From: Prorocentrum cordatum | Lineage: Eukaryota | Length of the DNA: 64,000 nt | Direction of reading: 5' to 3' | Assembly: GCA_963575745.1 (NCBI GenBank) | Contig: CAUYUJ010000142.1 | Span: 1-64,000 of the forward strand | Part shown: positions 61,456-64,000 of the stretch, in pieces | How positions within the stretch are numbered: the first letter of the stretch is position 1 | Layout: every line of letters starts with the position of its first letter | Program-made: the position numbers and the translations under genes | Notes under the pieces: generated by a model | Seen by the model: the letters and a program-made list of their open reading frames with translations, nothing else | Told to the model about the DNA's origin: nothing | Databases searched by the model: none

Positions 61456-62970
61456 TCAATGATTCGGGCACCGTAGTGTCTGAAGAAACTGCACCTGGTT
61501 AATATCGGGCTCAACGTGTGTCAAATTGTCACCATAGAGGTTCCATCCTTTTGTCGGTCCCCATTCTGCAATCAATGTCTTTTGTGTAGTATCATCAGCA
61601 TTCGGCATATACCACGTATATGTCATTGGCGGACCCGTCTCACCTCGAAGAATAGCCGTCGCATTTCCCTTGATATCAGAAAATAGTGCTTGAAACCTTC
61701 ATACCGCCCGAACATGTTCTATCTTCCATGGCTGGCATTCAACTTGAAATCGCACATTGGGAGGCAATGAAGTGAGTCCCCGCCTGTAATCATTCTCCCA
61801 CACACGTTTCGCTTCCCATAGGATCTCAGAGGATGTACCTGGCTTGAAATAGATCCTACCCCTCGTGCACGGCCAATATCTACCAGTATTCTCCTGAACC
61901 GTCCGATCCAAGTCCAGTGCCACCCTCTGTGTAGCATCAATTTGTTTAGAGTCAATAAGACCATTCATCGCCGTCGTCAGTGCCTCCTGTGAAAGAGCCT
62001 CCCGCTGACGTATCTCACGGTTCCTCCATCCCTCCCTTGAAACCCATCCCTTGAACTCAACATAACGTGGATTCCAAGCAGGATCGTGCCTGTCCGTACC
62101 CGCCTTCGTGGATCCACTTGCTACCGACAACCCGTCCCCCTGCTTGAGCTTCTGAACTTCATTGGTGAGGTCCTGGATCGCCGATTCTGTTTTCGATACC
62201 CTGGAGTCCAGGGATGTTTTCAGACCGTCCATTTCCGTACGAATAGAGTTCCTGAACGATTGCATGTCTGCCGTCATAGTCTGTTGTCCCGTCATGATGG
62301 ATCGAAACATCTGTTCAATGTCAAGGCCAGCTTCCTGGGCAACCTCATTCGCACCCAATGTCTGTCCCGCACCTCCTCCTTCTCCTTTCCCTCCTCCTTT
62401 GACATTACGAGCACGGACAGCTCTAGCAAACGCCCCACCCCCATCATCAATTGTCATGTCCTGGCCCATCGCATGCAAGCCTGGAGCACCTGAAACTGAA
62501 GAACCTGCTGGCATCGCTGGTGCAGCACCTGAAACTGAAGAACCTGCTGCAGCCATCTTCCTTTTGTGACTGCGTAATATATTGAAATCGTAACCTTCAC
62601 CCTGCACGAAGTGGTTACGCAAGAAATTGAAATCGTAACCTTCACCCTGCACAAACGGCACTGTTGGTGTGAGCGATGGCACACAAATAACAGCTCTCCT
62701 GTCACCTCGAGGTGTCCCGACCTGTCTGGCAAGATAGTCCCAGTCCGCGTGACTGAAGTCGGACCCCCAGCACTCCGTCGTTCCAAGAGAGAAGAAAAGA
62801 GACAATTGCAGCAGTAGCAATAACAATAACAAGTGCAGGCGGCCTAGCACACGCAATAACAATAACAAGTGCAGCGGCCTAGCTGACCTCGACCTCGCTG
62901 AACCCGAAGAAGACGAAGAAGGCAGCGATGGCTGCCGCGCCGCCGTCCCGCGGCGGCGCGCCCCCCACAC
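61456..62970 (-). pseudogene. LINE-C ORF1 with an internal TGA at 61699-61701; true stop at 61456-61458
   Basis: PRYVEFKGW and VECQPWKIEH. After the TGA the frame continues RFQ...RGETGPPMT...EPDINQ, matching the C-terminus of LINE-A ORF1. Confidence 0.85.
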
Positions 62971-63056
62971 ACGCTAGACGCCTGTGGGATCCAGACGCCT
63001 TGATCCAGACTTGAGCCAAGAGCGTCCAAAACCCGGAGAGCAAGCCTTGATCCAAA

Positions 63057-64000
63057 CTTGGTAGCGCCCAAAACTCGGAGAGCGAAGAGACCGTCGGGAG
63101 GGGGAAAATATTTCCTCGAGAGCGCTGGGGAGCTCCCCTGCAGCGCTGTCGAAGCGCTGCCAGGAACGCATCCACACGCGCCTGCACGCGTGCAGGCACA
63201 CGTGGACAGCGCCCCCGTACCAGCTGCCGGGTCGCCGGAGTTTCTGCGAGGCCTGTGGACCGCCGTGGAGGAGCTCCTGGCGGGCACCACCACCGTCCGG
63301 CTTCTAATCTTAAACCCTTTAGCTCTCAGCGAGCTCTCCGGGAATTTTTTTTCCCGGAGAGCTCGCTGAGAGCTGAAGGGTAAGATTAGAAGCCGGACGG
63401 TGGTGGTGCCCGCCAGGAGCTCCTTTCCGTCGCTCCAGAATCCTCGCAGGAGTTCGTTTGAGCCGGCAGCTGGTCCGGGAGAGCTTCCGGCAAGCTTCCA
63501 CGCGCGCCTGCAAGCGTGCAGGCACGCATGGAAGCGATTCTGGCAGCGCTTCTACAGCAGATTCTGGAAGCTATTCTGGAAGCTCCCCTTCAGCAGCGCT
63601 GCAGGGGAGCTTCCCAGAGCCCTCCAGGAAAGATCTTCCAAACCGTAGAGCTTCGCTTAGCAAGTTATTGCTGGAAGAGAGTAATACCTCGTAGAGCTCT
63701 TCGGCATCGATGAGCTATAGGAATTCGGGCGCGGGGTGCAGCTAGTACCTCGTAGAGCTCTTCGTCATCGATGAGCTACAGCAATTCCGGCGCGGGGTGG
63801 AGCTAGTTGGTTCCCGGAGAGCTCTCTGAGAGCTAGAGGGTTTAAGATTAGGCGCGTTCAGCTGTTGAACACAGAGGTCTGAACTCGGTCTGCTAGCCGT
63901 GCTAGGTCCGCAAACCTATTCGTTTTATTCGAGTCATCTTGACAGACGCTCTCGGTTTTCTGTACTTAACTCGAGCTACAGGACAGCTACAGAGCACGTA
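63057..64000. mobile_element. Family C, B and A repeat fragments running to the window edge
   Basis: Same blocks as in 43410-57617. Confidence 0.8.

Larger units (their letters stand above)
57618..63056 (-). mobile_element. LINE-C: full-length non-LTR retrotransposon
   Basis: Flanked by aaaCTTGGt on both sides (CTTGG at 57613-57617 and 63057-63061). It has a CA-rich tail and ORF1 plus APE-RT-RNase H. Confidence 0.93.

Noticed and set aside
61699..61701. Second programmed stop or recoded TGA in LINE-C ORF1
   Set aside because: It aligns to Gly in LINE-A and LINE-B, so a private GGA-to-TGA change is the simpler explanation.
20845..63056. Retron, DGR, group II intron or LTR-element identity for the RTs
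   Set aside because: The N-terminal APE domain, ORF1, simple tails and short target duplications fit non-LTR elements. No LTRs, integrase or protease were seen.

Overview
Eukaryotic, repeat-dominated DNA with no intact host gene. A dinoflagellate host is inferred, not proven, from spliced-leader-like relics. Bases 1-16.5 kb hold micro- and minisatellites, a small MITE, fold-back repeats and a few decayed coding relics. Bases 16.5-64 kb are a nested field of non-coding elements built like non-autonomous Helentrons (HINE/DINE-1 type): subterminal inverted repeats, a terminal hairpin, internal ~176-bp tandem repeats and insertion at A/CT. Four mutually divergent non-LTR retrotransposons sit in this field, all on the minus strand; three are full-length and one is a 3' fragment. 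All four are inserted at a CTTGG-like site in a terminus of those elements. The retroelements share several unusual traits: an RT active site reading WADN instead of YxDD; a circularly permuted RNase H; ORF1 and ORF2 in one frame, separated by a single stop codon plus a stem-loop (a readthrough signature); spliced-leader-like relics and scrambled target copies at the 5' junctions; and a structurally conserved 3' hairpin. All comparisons were made by eye; no alignment, folding or database search was run.
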